Of a stretch of DNA of 64,000 nt, positions 29,648-38,846 are shown one piece after another (within the stretch, counting starts at the first letter, position 1; each line of letters begins with the position of its first letter). This DNA comes from Pseudomonadales bacterium (lineage in GTDB: Bacteria; Pseudomonadota; Gammaproteobacteria; Pseudomonadales; Pseudohongiellaceae). Made by a program: the position numbers and the translations under genes. The stretch covers positions 26,343 through 90,342 of the forward strand of contig DASWWP010000053.1 in NCBI GenBank assembly GCA_036405915.1, given 5' to 3'. The notes under the pieces were generated by a model. The model did not search any database. It was not told the DNA's origin and saw only the letters and a list, made by a program, of their open reading frames with translations.

Positions 29648-30899
29648 ACAGGCCCAGATCAATGAACTCGCGCCGCTGACGGCTGCGGGATCCGTTTCGC
29701 CCGCGGAAACCCGCGCGCAGACGGCGCCGATCCGCCTGGTGAAAGTCATGACGACCTTCGCGGCCGGCGGCACCGAAGGCCAGGTCGCCAACATCGCGCG
29801 CCGCATCGACCGCACGCGTTTCGACCTGCAGTTCGCCTGCCTCCGCAAATGGGGTTTCTACCTCGATGAAATCGAGCAGAACCGCATTCCGGTGATGGAA
29901 TATCCGCTGCGCAGCTTCTTCTCGCCGCGCGCCATGGTCCAGCAGGCGCGGTTTGCGAAATACCTGCGCGAACAGCACACGCAGATCGTGCACAGCTACA
30001 ACTTCTATTCGAACGTGTTCGCCGTGCCGGCCGCGAAACTCGCAGGCGTGCCGCTCGTCATCGCGTCGATCCGCGACCAGGGCGTGTACCTGTCGGCTGC
30101 CCAGCGGCACGCGCAACGCCTCGCCTGCCGCTTTGCCGACCTCGTGCTCGTCAATGCACACTCGATCCGCGAATGGCTGATCGAAGACGGCTATCCGGCC
30201 GACAAGGTGCGCATCATCCGCAATGGTATCGACCTGTCGCGCTATTCCGGCAAGGCCGGCGAAACGGGCGTGCGCCAGGAACTCGGACTGCCACCCGACG
30301 CACCGCTCGTGCTGATGCTGTCGCGCCTGAATCCGCAGAAAGGTGTCGACGACTTCATCAAGGCCGCGGCGATGGTCAGGCTGCAGCGCCCCGACGTGCG
30401 CTTCCTGCTGATCGGCGAAAAACTCACGTACCAGGGCGACGGCTTCGGCCCCGATGCGCCGTATCACAACTACCTGCACGAGCTGTGCGTGAACCTCGGC
30501 GTCGACGACCGCATCGTGTTCACCGGCCACCGCTCCGACGTGCCCGCCCTCCTTGCCGAAGGCGCGATCTCGGTGCTGCCGTCGCACAGCGAAGGGCTGT
30601 CGAACACGCTGCTCGAATCGATGACGGCCGGACTGCCGATCGTCGCGACGCGCGTCGGAGGCAACCCGGAACTCGTCGAGGACGGCCTGAACGGCATTCT
30701 CGTGCCGCCGCAGGCGCCAGCAACGCTCGCGAACGCGATCCTGCGCATACTCGCCGATCCGGCTCTCGCGGAGCGTTTCAGCACGGCCGCACGCGCGAAG
30801 GCCACGCAACACTTTGCCATGGACAAAATGATTCGTGACACGGAAGCCCTTTATGTCGACCAGCTGCGCGCACGCGGCGCGCTACAAGAGAATCAATAG
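29628..30899 (+). CDS. GT-B glycosyltransferase (GT4-like)
   Basis: Part of ORF 29520..30899. GGGAGGCGGGG before ATG 29628. FTGHRSDVPALLAEGAISVLPSHSEGLSNTLLESMTAGLPIVATRVGGNPELV (E-x7-E region). Confidence 0.85.
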   Translation: MNRAVLEQAQINELAPLTAAGSVSPAETRAQTAPIRLVKVMTTFAAGGTEGQVANIARRIDRTRFDLQFACLRKWGFYLDEIEQNRIPVMEYPLRSFFSPRAMVQQARFAKYLREQHTQIVHSYNFYSNVFAVPAAKLAGVPLVIASIRDQGVYLSAAQRHAQRLACRFADLVLVNAHSIREWLIEDGYPADKVRIIRNGIDLSRYSGKAGETGVRQELGLPPDAPLVLMLSRLNPQKGVDDFIKAAAMVRLQRPDVRFLLIGEKLTYQGDGFGPDAPYHNYLHELCVNLGVDDRIVFTGHRSDVPALLAEGAISVLPSHSEGLSNTLLESMTAGLPIVATRVGGNPELVEDGLNGILVPPQAPATLANAILRILADPALAERFSTAARAKATQHFAMDKMIRDTEALYVDQLRARGALQENQ

Positions 30900-30972
30900 C
30901 ACGCCGGAGGCGTGCTGAACGGGGATCCGCGGCCGCGCCGCGCTGAGCAGGACCCGCGCGCCGGAGGCGCGC
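30900..30972 (+). promoter_or_regulatory. Two related GGA-loop hairpins in the 95-bp leader of the acyltransferase gene
   Basis: CACGCC-GGA-GGCGTG (30900-30914) and GCGCGCC-GGA-GGCGCGC (30956-30972), each followed by CTGA. SD AGGAG at 30977-30981. Confidence 0.4.
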
Positions 30973-30994
30973 TGACAGGAGTAGTACCGGCACC

Positions 30995-32257
30995 ATGACA
31001 GTTTCAGTGAACATCGCCACTCGCATGGAGGGCGCCGCGCCGCTGTTGCGCGCGCGTGCCCTGGATACCGCAGTCATCGACACGGATGCCGCCTTTCACG
31101 CCCTGCGCGCGGAATGGACCGACCTGCTGCAGGCCAGTGCAGCCGACAACTTTTTCCTGACCTGGGAGTGGCTGTACACGTGGTGGAAGCACCTGCGTGG
31201 CAACCGCCGCCTGCACATCGTCACCGTGCGCCAGGAGGGCCGCCTCGTGGCGCTTGCGCCGCTCGCACTGCGCCCGCGCCAGTGGAAGCGGTTCGTGCCT
31301 TTCGAAATGCTCGAATTCCTCGGCTGCGGCAACGTCGGCTCCGACTACCTGTCTGTGATCGTGCGCCACGGCTTCGAAGAAACCGCAATGCCTGCGCTCG
31401 TCGCATGCCTGCGCGAAGGCGGCCACGTGCTCGAACTGTCGCATGTCGATCGCACGAGCGCGCAGATGAATGCCGCCGCCTCTGAACTGAGCGCCCAGGG
31501 CTGGCGCCAGCAATGCGCGACGATCGAGCGCTGCCCGTACATCACGCTCAAGGGCCACACCTGGGACAGCTACCTCGGCGCCCTCGGCCGCACGCACCGC
31601 ACGAATTTCCGCCGCAAGGTGAAGAAGCTGAACCAGCTGTACACCCTGCGCATCGACGAAGCGCGCACCGATGCCGAACGCCGTGCGGCGCTCGACGTGC
31701 TCGTGAACCTGCACCTGAAACGGCGGCGCGAAGTCGGCGGCTCCGATGCACTGCATACTCCGGAACTCATCGCCTTCCACGAGGAAGCGACGGCAATCGC
31801 GCTGCAGCGCGGATGGCTGAAACTCTACGTGATGTGGCTCGACGACGCGCCAGCAGCGGCGATGTACGGCTTCCAGTATGGGAAGACCTTCAACTTCTAC
31901 CAGAGCGGCTTCGATTCCGCGTATGCGACCTACAGCGTCGGCCTCGTGATGACCGGCCTTGCCGTGCAGACGGCGATCGAGCGCGGCATCGAGGATTTCG
32001 ACTTCCTGCACGGCGAAGAGCCGTACAAATACCTGTGGGCCAGCGCCGAACGCGAGCTGCTGCGCTTCCACTTTTTCCCGCCGCATGCGCGCGGCACGCT
32101 CCTCGACCGGACGATGCGTATGCGCCGCGGCACCCTGCAATTGCTCTCCCGCTGGCGGCCGGCGCGTTACGGCGCGCGTCCATCGACGGCCACGCGCCCG
32201 AATGCGCCTGAGTGGAGCACGAATCGAAGCGAGGCTGAAAACGACGATGCTACGTAA
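30995..32257 (+). CDS. CelD/BcsL-like GNAT (FemAB-related) acyltransferase
   Basis: WTDLLQASAADNFFLTWEWLYTWWKH, LYVMWLDDAPAAAMYGFQY, DFLHGEEPYKYLWA. Confidence 0.75.
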   Translation: MTVSVNIATRMEGAAPLLRARALDTAVIDTDAAFHALRAEWTDLLQASAADNFFLTWEWLYTWWKHLRGNRRLHIVTVRQEGRLVALAPLALRPRQWKRFVPFEMLEFLGCGNVGSDYLSVIVRHGFEETAMPALVACLREGGHVLELSHVDRTSAQMNAAASELSAQGWRQQCATIERCPYITLKGHTWDSYLGALGRTHRTNFRRKVKKLNQLYTLRIDEARTDAERRAALDVLVNLHLKRRREVGGSDALHTPELIAFHEEATAIALQRGWLKLYVMWLDDAPAAAMYGFQYGKTFNFYQSGFDSAYATYSVGLVMTGLAVQTAIERGIEDFDFLHGEEPYKYLWASAERELLRFHFFPPHARGTLLDRTMRMRRGTLQLLSRWRPARYGARPSTATRPNAPEWSTNRSEAENDDAT

Positions 32258-33341
32258 ACTGGCCAAGGCCGGCGCCGCCGCCGGCATTCACAAACTGGGC
32301 GTTGACCGCCTCGTCGGCACCGGCCGGCGGATGCAGAACATGCCGCTCGTACTGAGTTACCACCGTGTCGTCGAAAACTACACGCGCAGCACGGCGCACT
32401 CGATTTCTCCGATGCTCGTCAGCACCGAGAAATTCGAAGCGCAGATCGACTGGATCGGGCGCCACTACGACTTCGTCGGACTCGACGAACTCGGCCAGGT
32501 GCTCGAAAGCGGGGAAACCCGGCGCCGGCCTGTCGCGAGTGTGACCTTCGACGACGGTTATGGCGATTCGTACTACCACGCCTACCCGATCCTCAAGCGC
32601 AAGGGCATTCCGATGGCAGTGTTCGTCGTGACGGACCTCGTCAGCACGCCGGGCCTGCAGGTGCACGACGAACTGCACCTGTTGCTGGCGACCGCCTTCA
32701 AGCAGTGGAAGCAACCGGCACAGCAACTCGCCGCGCTCGCCGACCAGGCCGGCATAGAACCCGTCATCAAGGCGCGCATCAGCGCACCGGAGCTCGCCGC
32801 GTTCGCACGCACGCGCCTCTGCCTCGAGCTGCTGCAGCATTCGCAGATTGCGCGGCTGATCGAGCTTCTGCGTGGCAGCGTGCGCGTCACGGCCGACACG
32901 CTTGCCGAGTTCCACTCGCTGACCTGGGAAATGCTGCAGCACATGGTGGCCAACGGCATGACGATCGGCTCGCACACGAAGTCGCACAAGCTGCTCGTGA
33001 ACGAATCGTGGGACACGATCGTGGAGGAGGCACGCGGCTCGCGTTCCGAACTCGAACGCCGCCTCGGCCGCCGCATCGACCACTTCGCGTATCCCGATGG
33101 CCGCTTCAACGCCGATGCGCTGAACGCCGTCGCCCTCGCCGGCTTCCGTTACGCGTACACGACCTGCATGCATCGCGACCGCGAGAAACCGCTGTTGACG
33201 ATTCCGCGGCGCGTGCTGTGGGAAAAGTCCTGCGTCGACGCCTTCGACAAGTTCTCGCCGTCGGTACTCAGCTGCCAGATCAACGGCATCTTCGATCCCG
33301 CCGCCCGATGCCAGCAGACCCACTGGGCAGCCTCGGCCTGA
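32247..33341 (+). CDS. Polysaccharide deacetylase (NodB homology domain)
   Basis: Part of ORF 31959..33341. ATG 32247 overlaps the upstream gene end. VLSYHRV, VTFDDGYGDSY, IGSHTKSH. Confidence 0.8.
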   Translation: MLRKLAKAGAAAGIHKLGVDRLVGTGRRMQNMPLVLSYHRVVENYTRSTAHSISPMLVSTEKFEAQIDWIGRHYDFVGLDELGQVLESGETRRRPVASVTFDDGYGDSYYHAYPILKRKGIPMAVFVVTDLVSTPGLQVHDELHLLLATAFKQWKQPAQQLAALADQAGIEPVIKARISAPELAAFARTRLCLELLQHSQIARLIELLRGSVRVTADTLAEFHSLTWEMLQHMVANGMTIGSHTKSHKLLVNESWDTIVEEARGSRSELERRLGRRIDHFAYPDGRFNADALNAVALAGFRYAYTTCMHRDREKPLLTIPRRVLWEKSCVDAFDKFSPSVLSCQINGIFDPAARCQQTHWAASA

Positions 33342-33369
33342 ATCCCGGCCCCGACAGGAATCACACGCG

Positions 33370-34863
33370 ATGAGACCCACTGAAGCGATCTTCGGCCCTG
33401 CGCTGGTGCTGATGTCCGGCCGCGCGCTCGGCTTCGTGGCGGGCTTCATCGTACCGCTCGTGCTCGCTCGCGCATTTGGCCAGGCCGAATTCGGCACGTA
33501 CAAGCAGCTGTTCCTGCTGTACGGCACGCTGTTCGCGATCGCGCAGGTCGGCATGGCCGAAAGCCTGTATTACTTCCTGCCGTCGGAGCGCGAGCGCAAG
33601 GGCAACTACATCGTCAACGTGTTGATCGTGCTCGGCCTCGCGGGCATAACCGCCTTGCTTCTGCTGAGCTGGCAGCAGGACCGCATTGCCGCGATGCTGA
33701 ACAATCCCGCGCTGGCGCCTTACCTGCCGATGACAGGCCTGTTCCTGCTGCTGATGCTCGCCTCGCTCGTGCTCGAAATCGTCATGACGGCACAGAAGCA
33801 GCACGTTGGCGCTTCGGTGGCTTACGCGCTGACGGATCTCGGCCGCGCGTTGCTGATGGTCGTGCCGGTGCTGTTGTTCGGCGACCTGTTCTGGCTTCTG
33901 CTCGGCGCCGTGCTTTTCGCCATCGTGCGCTTCGCGATGACGCTCGGCTACCTGCGCCGCGCATTCGGCGAGGCGCTGCGGCCCGATCGCGCGCTGCTGC
34001 GCAAGCAACTCGCCTACGCCCTGCCCTTCGGCCTCGCCGGCCTCATTGAAGTCGTGCAGCTGAACCTGCACATGTACGTCGTGTCGTGGTACTTCGACGC
34101 GGCGACGTTCGCGATCTACGCCGTCGGCTGCCTGCAGTTGCCCATCATGGACTTCCTGATGACGTCGACGTCGAACGTCATGATGGTGCAGATGCGCGAA
34201 AAGCTGGGCGCTGGAAACGTCGCGGCCGTCCGCGCGATCTGGCTCGATGCCGTGCGCAAGCTCGCGCTGATCCTGTTCCCGATCGTCGGCGTGCTCGTCG
34301 TGCTCGCGCACGAACTGATCGTCGTCATGTTCACCGAAGCGTATGCGGACAGCGTGCCGGTGTTCGTCGTGTTCACGCTCGGCATGCTGCTGCTCGTACT
34401 GCTGAGCGATTCCGTCCTGCGCGTGTATGCGCAGAACCAGTACCTGATCGTGCAGAACCTGCTGCGACTGCTGCTGATCGTCGTGCTGATCAACTCTTTC
34501 CTCGAAAACTTCGGCCTCGTCGGCGCCGTGCTCGTCACGCTGCTGGCGAATGCCTGCGCGAAGGTATTCGCGCTCGCGCGCGTGAAGACGCTGCTCGACG
34601 TGCCCATCGCGCAGCTGTTGCCGTGGCGCAGCCTCGTGCTGGTGCTGGTGCTGACCGCAGTCGCCGGCCTCGTCGCCGAAGCGCTGCGGCGCACGCTGCC
34701 GCTTCCGCCGATCGCGCTGCTCGTCGTATGCGGCAGCGCCTTCATGTTGACTTATTACGTCGCGCTGCTTTGCTGCGGTCCGCTGCACGACGACGAAAAA
34801 CAGGAACTGCTGCGCCTGCCGCAGTTGCCGGTCGCCCGGTTGCGCCGGGCTTTAAAAGCATGA
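33370..34863 (+). CDS. Wzx-like / MOP-superfamily polysaccharide flippase
   Basis: 497 aa, about 12-14 TM segments, typical N-terminal SGRALGFVAGFIVPLVLAR. Confidence 0.75.
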   Translation: MRPTEAIFGPALVLMSGRALGFVAGFIVPLVLARAFGQAEFGTYKQLFLLYGTLFAIAQVGMAESLYYFLPSERERKGNYIVNVLIVLGLAGITALLLLSWQQDRIAAMLNNPALAPYLPMTGLFLLLMLASLVLEIVMTAQKQHVGASVAYALTDLGRALLMVVPVLLFGDLFWLLLGAVLFAIVRFAMTLGYLRRAFGEALRPDRALLRKQLAYALPFGLAGLIEVVQLNLHMYVVSWYFDAATFAIYAVGCLQLPIMDFLMTSTSNVMMVQMREKLGAGNVAAVRAIWLDAVRKLALILFPIVGVLVVLAHELIVVMFTEAYADSVPVFVVFTLGMLLLVLLSDSVLRVYAQNQYLIVQNLLRLLLIVVLINSFLENFGLVGAVLVTLLANACAKVFALARVKTLLDVPIAQLLPWRSLVLVLVLTAVAGLVAEALRRTLPLPPIALLVVCGSAFMLTYYVALLCCGPLHDDEKQELLRLPQLPVARLRRALKA

Positions 34864-34995
34864 CGCGGGCTTTTTCGAGCTCAGCAGCGGGAATCCCCCT
34901 ACAGGCAGCGGGAGACGGGCTCTCTACACTGCAGCCAGCGAACACTTCCGATTCCCCTTCGCGGGAATGACGGTACAGCGAGGAGAAACAGACGC

Positions 34996-36924
34996 ATGTG
35001 CGGAATAGCCGGAATCTTCGGCATCAACGGGCTGCCAGTGCGGCAGCAAGAACTCGAGCTGATGTGCAATGCCATGATCGCACGCGGCCCGGACGACGCA
35101 GGTTATTTCGTCGACGGCGCGATCGGCCTCGGCATGCGCCGCCTCAGCATCATCGACCTCGCCGGCGGCCACCAGCCAGTCGCCAACGAAGACGGCACGA
35201 TCCAGGTCGTGCTGAACGGCGAGATCTACAACTTCCGCGAACTGCGTAGCCAGCTCCAGTCGCGTGGCCACGTGTTCAAGACCACGAGCGACACGGAAGT
35301 GATCGTCCACGCCTACGAAGAGTATGGCACCGCGTGCGTCGAGCACCTGCGCGGCATGTTTGGCTTCGCGCTGTGGGATTCGGTTAAACGCCAGCTGCTC
35401 GTGGTGCGCGATCGCGCCGGCATCAAACCGCTTTATTACGGCGAATTCGGCGGACGCCTGCTCTTCGCGTCCGAATTGAAGTCGATCCTGGCGCTTGGCC
35501 AGGTGGACCGCGAGCTCAACTGGAGTTCGGTATCACACCTGTTCGCCTTCCTGACGACGCCGCGCGACGAAAGCATCGTGAAAGGCGTGCACAAGCTCGA
35601 GCCGGGACACCTCCTCATCGCTCGCCCGGGCCAGGCGCCCATCGTCCAGCGTTACTGGGACATGGACTTCCAGCCCGATTACGAAACCACCGAGGCACAG
35701 TTCGTCGACAAGCTGCGCGGACTGCTCGAGGAATCGGTAAAGCTGTGCATGATCAGCGACGTACCGCTCGGGGCCTTCCTCAGCGGCGGCATCGACTCCA
35801 GTTCGGTCGTCGCGACGATGTCGCGGCTGTCGGACCGCCCGGTGAAAACCTTTTCGATCGGCTTCCGCGAGCCCGCCTATGACGAATCGGCGCATGCGCG
35901 CCAGGTAGCCGAGGCCTTCGGCACCGAACATCACGAACTGATCCTCGACCCCGACATCTCCGGCTTCCTCGAAGACCTCGCATGGCATCTCGACGAACCG
36001 CTGGGCGATTCCTCCGCGATTCCGACGTACATGGTGTCGAAGCTCGCGGCGCAGCACGTGAAGGTCGTGCTGTCGGGCGACGGTGGCGACGAGCTGTTCG
36101 CCGGATACGAACGCTACGTCGTGGAACGCAACCAGCGTGATCGCCGCGTACCGGGTGTCGTGCGCAGCCTCGGCGGCTTCGTCAGCAGCCTGATGCCAGA
36201 CGGCATGAAGGGCCGGCGCTTCCTGCGCCACCTCGCACTGACCGGCAACGATCGCTACGTCAACTCGATGACGATGTTCGGCCGCGACGACCAGCGTTTC
36301 CTGTTCTGCGAAGGCATCGCGTCGCACATGCTCAAGCAGGATCACTGGCAGGATCTCGCGCAGTACATGTCGAAGGAAGACCACTGGCTGTCGCGCATGC
36401 AGTACCTCGACTTCAAGCACTATCTGCCGCTCGACATCCTGACGAAGGTCGACCGCATGAGCATGGCGCACTCGATCGAAGCACGCGTGCCGCTGCTCGA
36501 CCACAAGCTGTGCGAATTTGCGGCGACGATCCCGCCCGAGATGAAGATGCAGGGCAACAGCACGAAACACATCTTCAAGAAGGCGCTGCGAGGCATCCTG
36601 CCCGACAACGTGCTCGACCGGCGCAAACAGGGCTTCGCCGTGCCGCTCGGCCAGTGGTTCCGTAACGAGCCGCGCGGCTTCCTGCACGACCTGCTGCTGT
36701 CCGACCGCAGCCGCGCGCGGGGAATTTTCAACAGCGACTACATCGAACGCATGCTTGCGATCCACCAGCGCGGACGCGCGATGGATCTCGAACTGTGGAC
36801 GCTGATCAGTTTCGAACTGTGGTGCCGCCGCTTCCTCGACAGCCCGGTGACCTTTGCCGCGCGCAAACCGGCGCGCGCACCCGAAGCAGGCTTCAGCGAC
36901 GTCCCCGCCACACAATATTCCTGA
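34996..36924 (+). CDS. Asparagine synthase (glutamine-hydrolysing) family amidotransferase, copy 1
   Basis: MCGIAGIFG Ntn nucleophile, RGPDD, NGEIYN, PP-loop FLSGGIDSS. Confidence 0.9.
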   Translation: MCGIAGIFGINGLPVRQQELELMCNAMIARGPDDAGYFVDGAIGLGMRRLSIIDLAGGHQPVANEDGTIQVVLNGEIYNFRELRSQLQSRGHVFKTTSDTEVIVHAYEEYGTACVEHLRGMFGFALWDSVKRQLLVVRDRAGIKPLYYGEFGGRLLFASELKSILALGQVDRELNWSSVSHLFAFLTTPRDESIVKGVHKLEPGHLLIARPGQAPIVQRYWDMDFQPDYETTEAQFVDKLRGLLEESVKLCMISDVPLGAFLSGGIDSSSVVATMSRLSDRPVKTFSIGFREPAYDESAHARQVAEAFGTEHHELILDPDISGFLEDLAWHLDEPLGDSSAIPTYMVSKLAAQHVKVVLSGDGGDELFAGYERYVVERNQRDRRVPGVVRSLGGFVSSLMPDGMKGRRFLRHLALTGNDRYVNSMTMFGRDDQRFLFCEGIASHMLKQDHWQDLAQYMSKEDHWLSRMQYLDFKHYLPLDILTKVDRMSMAHSIEARVPLLDHKLCEFAATIPPEMKMQGNSTKHIFKKALRGILPDNVLDRRKQGFAVPLGQWFRNEPRGFLHDLLLSDRSRARGIFNSDYIERMLAIHQRGRAMDLELWTLISFELWCRRFLDSPVTFAARKPARAPEAGFSDVPATQYS

Positions 36925-36933
36925 GGCTTTCCC

Positions 36934-37326
36934 ATGCCCGCGCACGCGCAACGCATCGCATTCATGCCGCTGCTGTTGCTCGCCGCGCAGGCTGGGGCGC
37001 AGACCTTGCCACTGCCGACGGAACGCGCGGTAGCGGCTGCGCAGGAACAGCAGGTGTCGTTGAATGGCCCGGCCGCGAACTGGCCGAAAGCACCGAGCGA
37101 CGGCACGCAAACCTCCTTCACGATCCGCCACGATGCGTCCGACGGCACGGTCGTCGGGATGAACCTGCAACAAAGCCGCTATCCATCGCTGCTGCTCCGC
37201 GTCGAAGTGGTCCCTCCCGGCTACGGGCCTGCCGTCGAAACCGACAATCAACACAGCCCAGCCGCGCCGGTCATCGACCAGAATTTGCGGACGGTGCACA
37301 AGGTGTCTCTGCGATACCGGTTTTGA
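36934..37326 (+). CDS. Small secreted hypothetical protein with OMP-like C-terminal signature
   Basis: GAGG 7 nt upstream. Signal peptide-like MPLLLLAAQAGAQT. Ends VHKVSLRYRF (alternating hydrophobic, terminal Phe). No family recognised. Confidence 0.5.
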   Translation: MPAHAQRIAFMPLLLLAAQAGAQTLPLPTERAVAAAQEQQVSLNGPAANWPKAPSDGTQTSFTIRHDASDGTVVGMNLQQSRYPSLLLRVEVVPPGYGPAVETDNQHSPAAPVIDQNLRTVHKVSLRYRF

Positions 37327-37425
37327 CGTCTTCTGCTAATGCGCGGGTTCTATGGTGACTGAATGGGCCGGGTCCGGACCTTGCGCATAAACCCTCAGCG
37401 TGAGTCCCTGACGATCATGGACCTC

Positions 37426-37440
37426 GTGTAATCGTTACAC
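37426..37440. promoter_or_regulatory. Perfect 6-3-6 palindrome GTGTAA-TCG-TTACAC in a 388-bp internal gap of the EPS locus
   Basis: Read directly. Lies about 275 bp upstream of the next glycosyltransferase start. Confidence 0.25.
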
Positions 37441-37714
37441 AACTCAGGCGATTTCCGCGATAACGAAGCCCGCAGTACCGCGTGTCACATGGCAGGGGAA
37501 ACTAGCGAATGGCTTAGGGGAATCTCCCGATGGTTGCCCTTACGCATGCGCTCGTATTCTGCGTGCGAAGTTTACAGACCCAACCAGCCAGCATGCAGAA
37601 AAGGCCACACTTTCCCCGCCGCTCGACTGGAGGAAGGGACAGAGTTTTGCGCCGCTCGCATGCCACGGCGCGTAACAGTTGCCCCTCAGGCACAAGAAGC
37701 AACAGGGAAAGGCC

Positions 37715-38833
37715 ATGAATACGACCGCTTATCCGGCCGCGGCAAGCAAACAGACCGGCAATAAGCCCACGATCGCCGTGGTCGCACCGAGCCTCGACAT
37801 CCTGGGAGGCCAGGGTGTCCAGGCCAAATCCCTGATGGACGCGTTGCGCGACGAAGGCTTCAACATCCTCTTCGTGCCGATCAACCCGCGCTTCCCGAAA
37901 TGGCTGCAATGGGCGCGCAAGATTCCCGGCTTCCGCACGCTGATCAACCAGGCGCTGTACATTCCGAGCCTGCGCCGCCTGCGGCATGCCGATGTCGTGC
38001 ATGTGTTCTCCGCGTCGTACTGGTCGTTCCTGATTGCGCCGGTGCCTGCGATTCTCGCATCGCGCCTGTTCCACAAACCGGTACTGCTGAATTACCACAG
38101 CGGCGAAGCCGGCGACCATCTCGCGCACTGGGGCTGGCGCGTACATCCGTGGCTGAACCTCGTGCAGGAAATCGTCGTGCCGTCGGAGTACCTCGAGAAA
38201 GTTTTCGCACATCACGGTTACGACGCTCGCGTGATTCGCAACATGATCGACACGCGCAGCTTCCGCTACCGCGAACGCGTGCCGCTGAAGCCACGCCTGC
38301 TGTCGAATCGCAACCTCGAGACGCACTACCGCGTCGACAACACGCTGAAAGCCTTTGCGCTCGTGCAACAGGAATATCCCGACGCGACGCTCACCGTGGC
38401 CGGCTACGGCAGCCAGGCAGCGGCGCTGAAAGAACAGGCGAAGGACATGACAGGCGTCACGTTCATCGGCCGGGTCGAACCGCAGGACATGCCGGCGCTG
38501 TACGACTCCGCCGACATCTTCGTGAACTCGTCCGACGTCGACAACCAGCCGATCTCGATCCTCGAAGCATTTTCCGCGGGCCTCGCCGTCGTCTCGACGC
38601 CGACCGGCGACATTCCTTCCATGCTGCTTAACGGCGCGCGCGGCCACCTCGTGCCGCACGACGATCCGCAGGCGATGGCCACGGCCATCCTCTGTGCGCT
38701 CGAGAACGCCGCAGGCGTCACGACGATGACGCGCGGCGCGCGCCTCGAAGCCGAACGCTATACCGGCCCGATGGTCTGCCGCGAATGGATCGATCTTTAT
38801 AACAACCACGCCTACGTCACCAGCGCTGCCTGA
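37715..38833 (+). CDS. GT-B glycosyltransferase (GT4-like)
   Basis: Part of ORF 37679..38833. IAVVAPSLDILGGQGV, FVNSSDVDNQPISILEAFSAGLAVVSTPTGDIPSML. Confidence 0.85.
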   Translation: MNTTAYPAAASKQTGNKPTIAVVAPSLDILGGQGVQAKSLMDALRDEGFNILFVPINPRFPKWLQWARKIPGFRTLINQALYIPSLRRLRHADVVHVFSASYWSFLIAPVPAILASRLFHKPVLLNYHSGEAGDHLAHWGWRVHPWLNLVQEIVVPSEYLEKVFAHHGYDARVIRNMIDTRSFRYRERVPLKPRLLSNRNLETHYRVDNTLKAFALVQQEYPDATLTVAGYGSQAAALKEQAKDMTGVTFIGRVEPQDMPALYDSADIFVNSSDVDNQPISILEAFSAGLAVVSTPTGDIPSMLLNGARGHLVPHDDPQAMATAILCALENAAGVTTMTRGARLEAERYTGPMVCREWIDLYNNHAYVTSAA

Positions 38834-38846
38834 AGAGAGAGAAACC

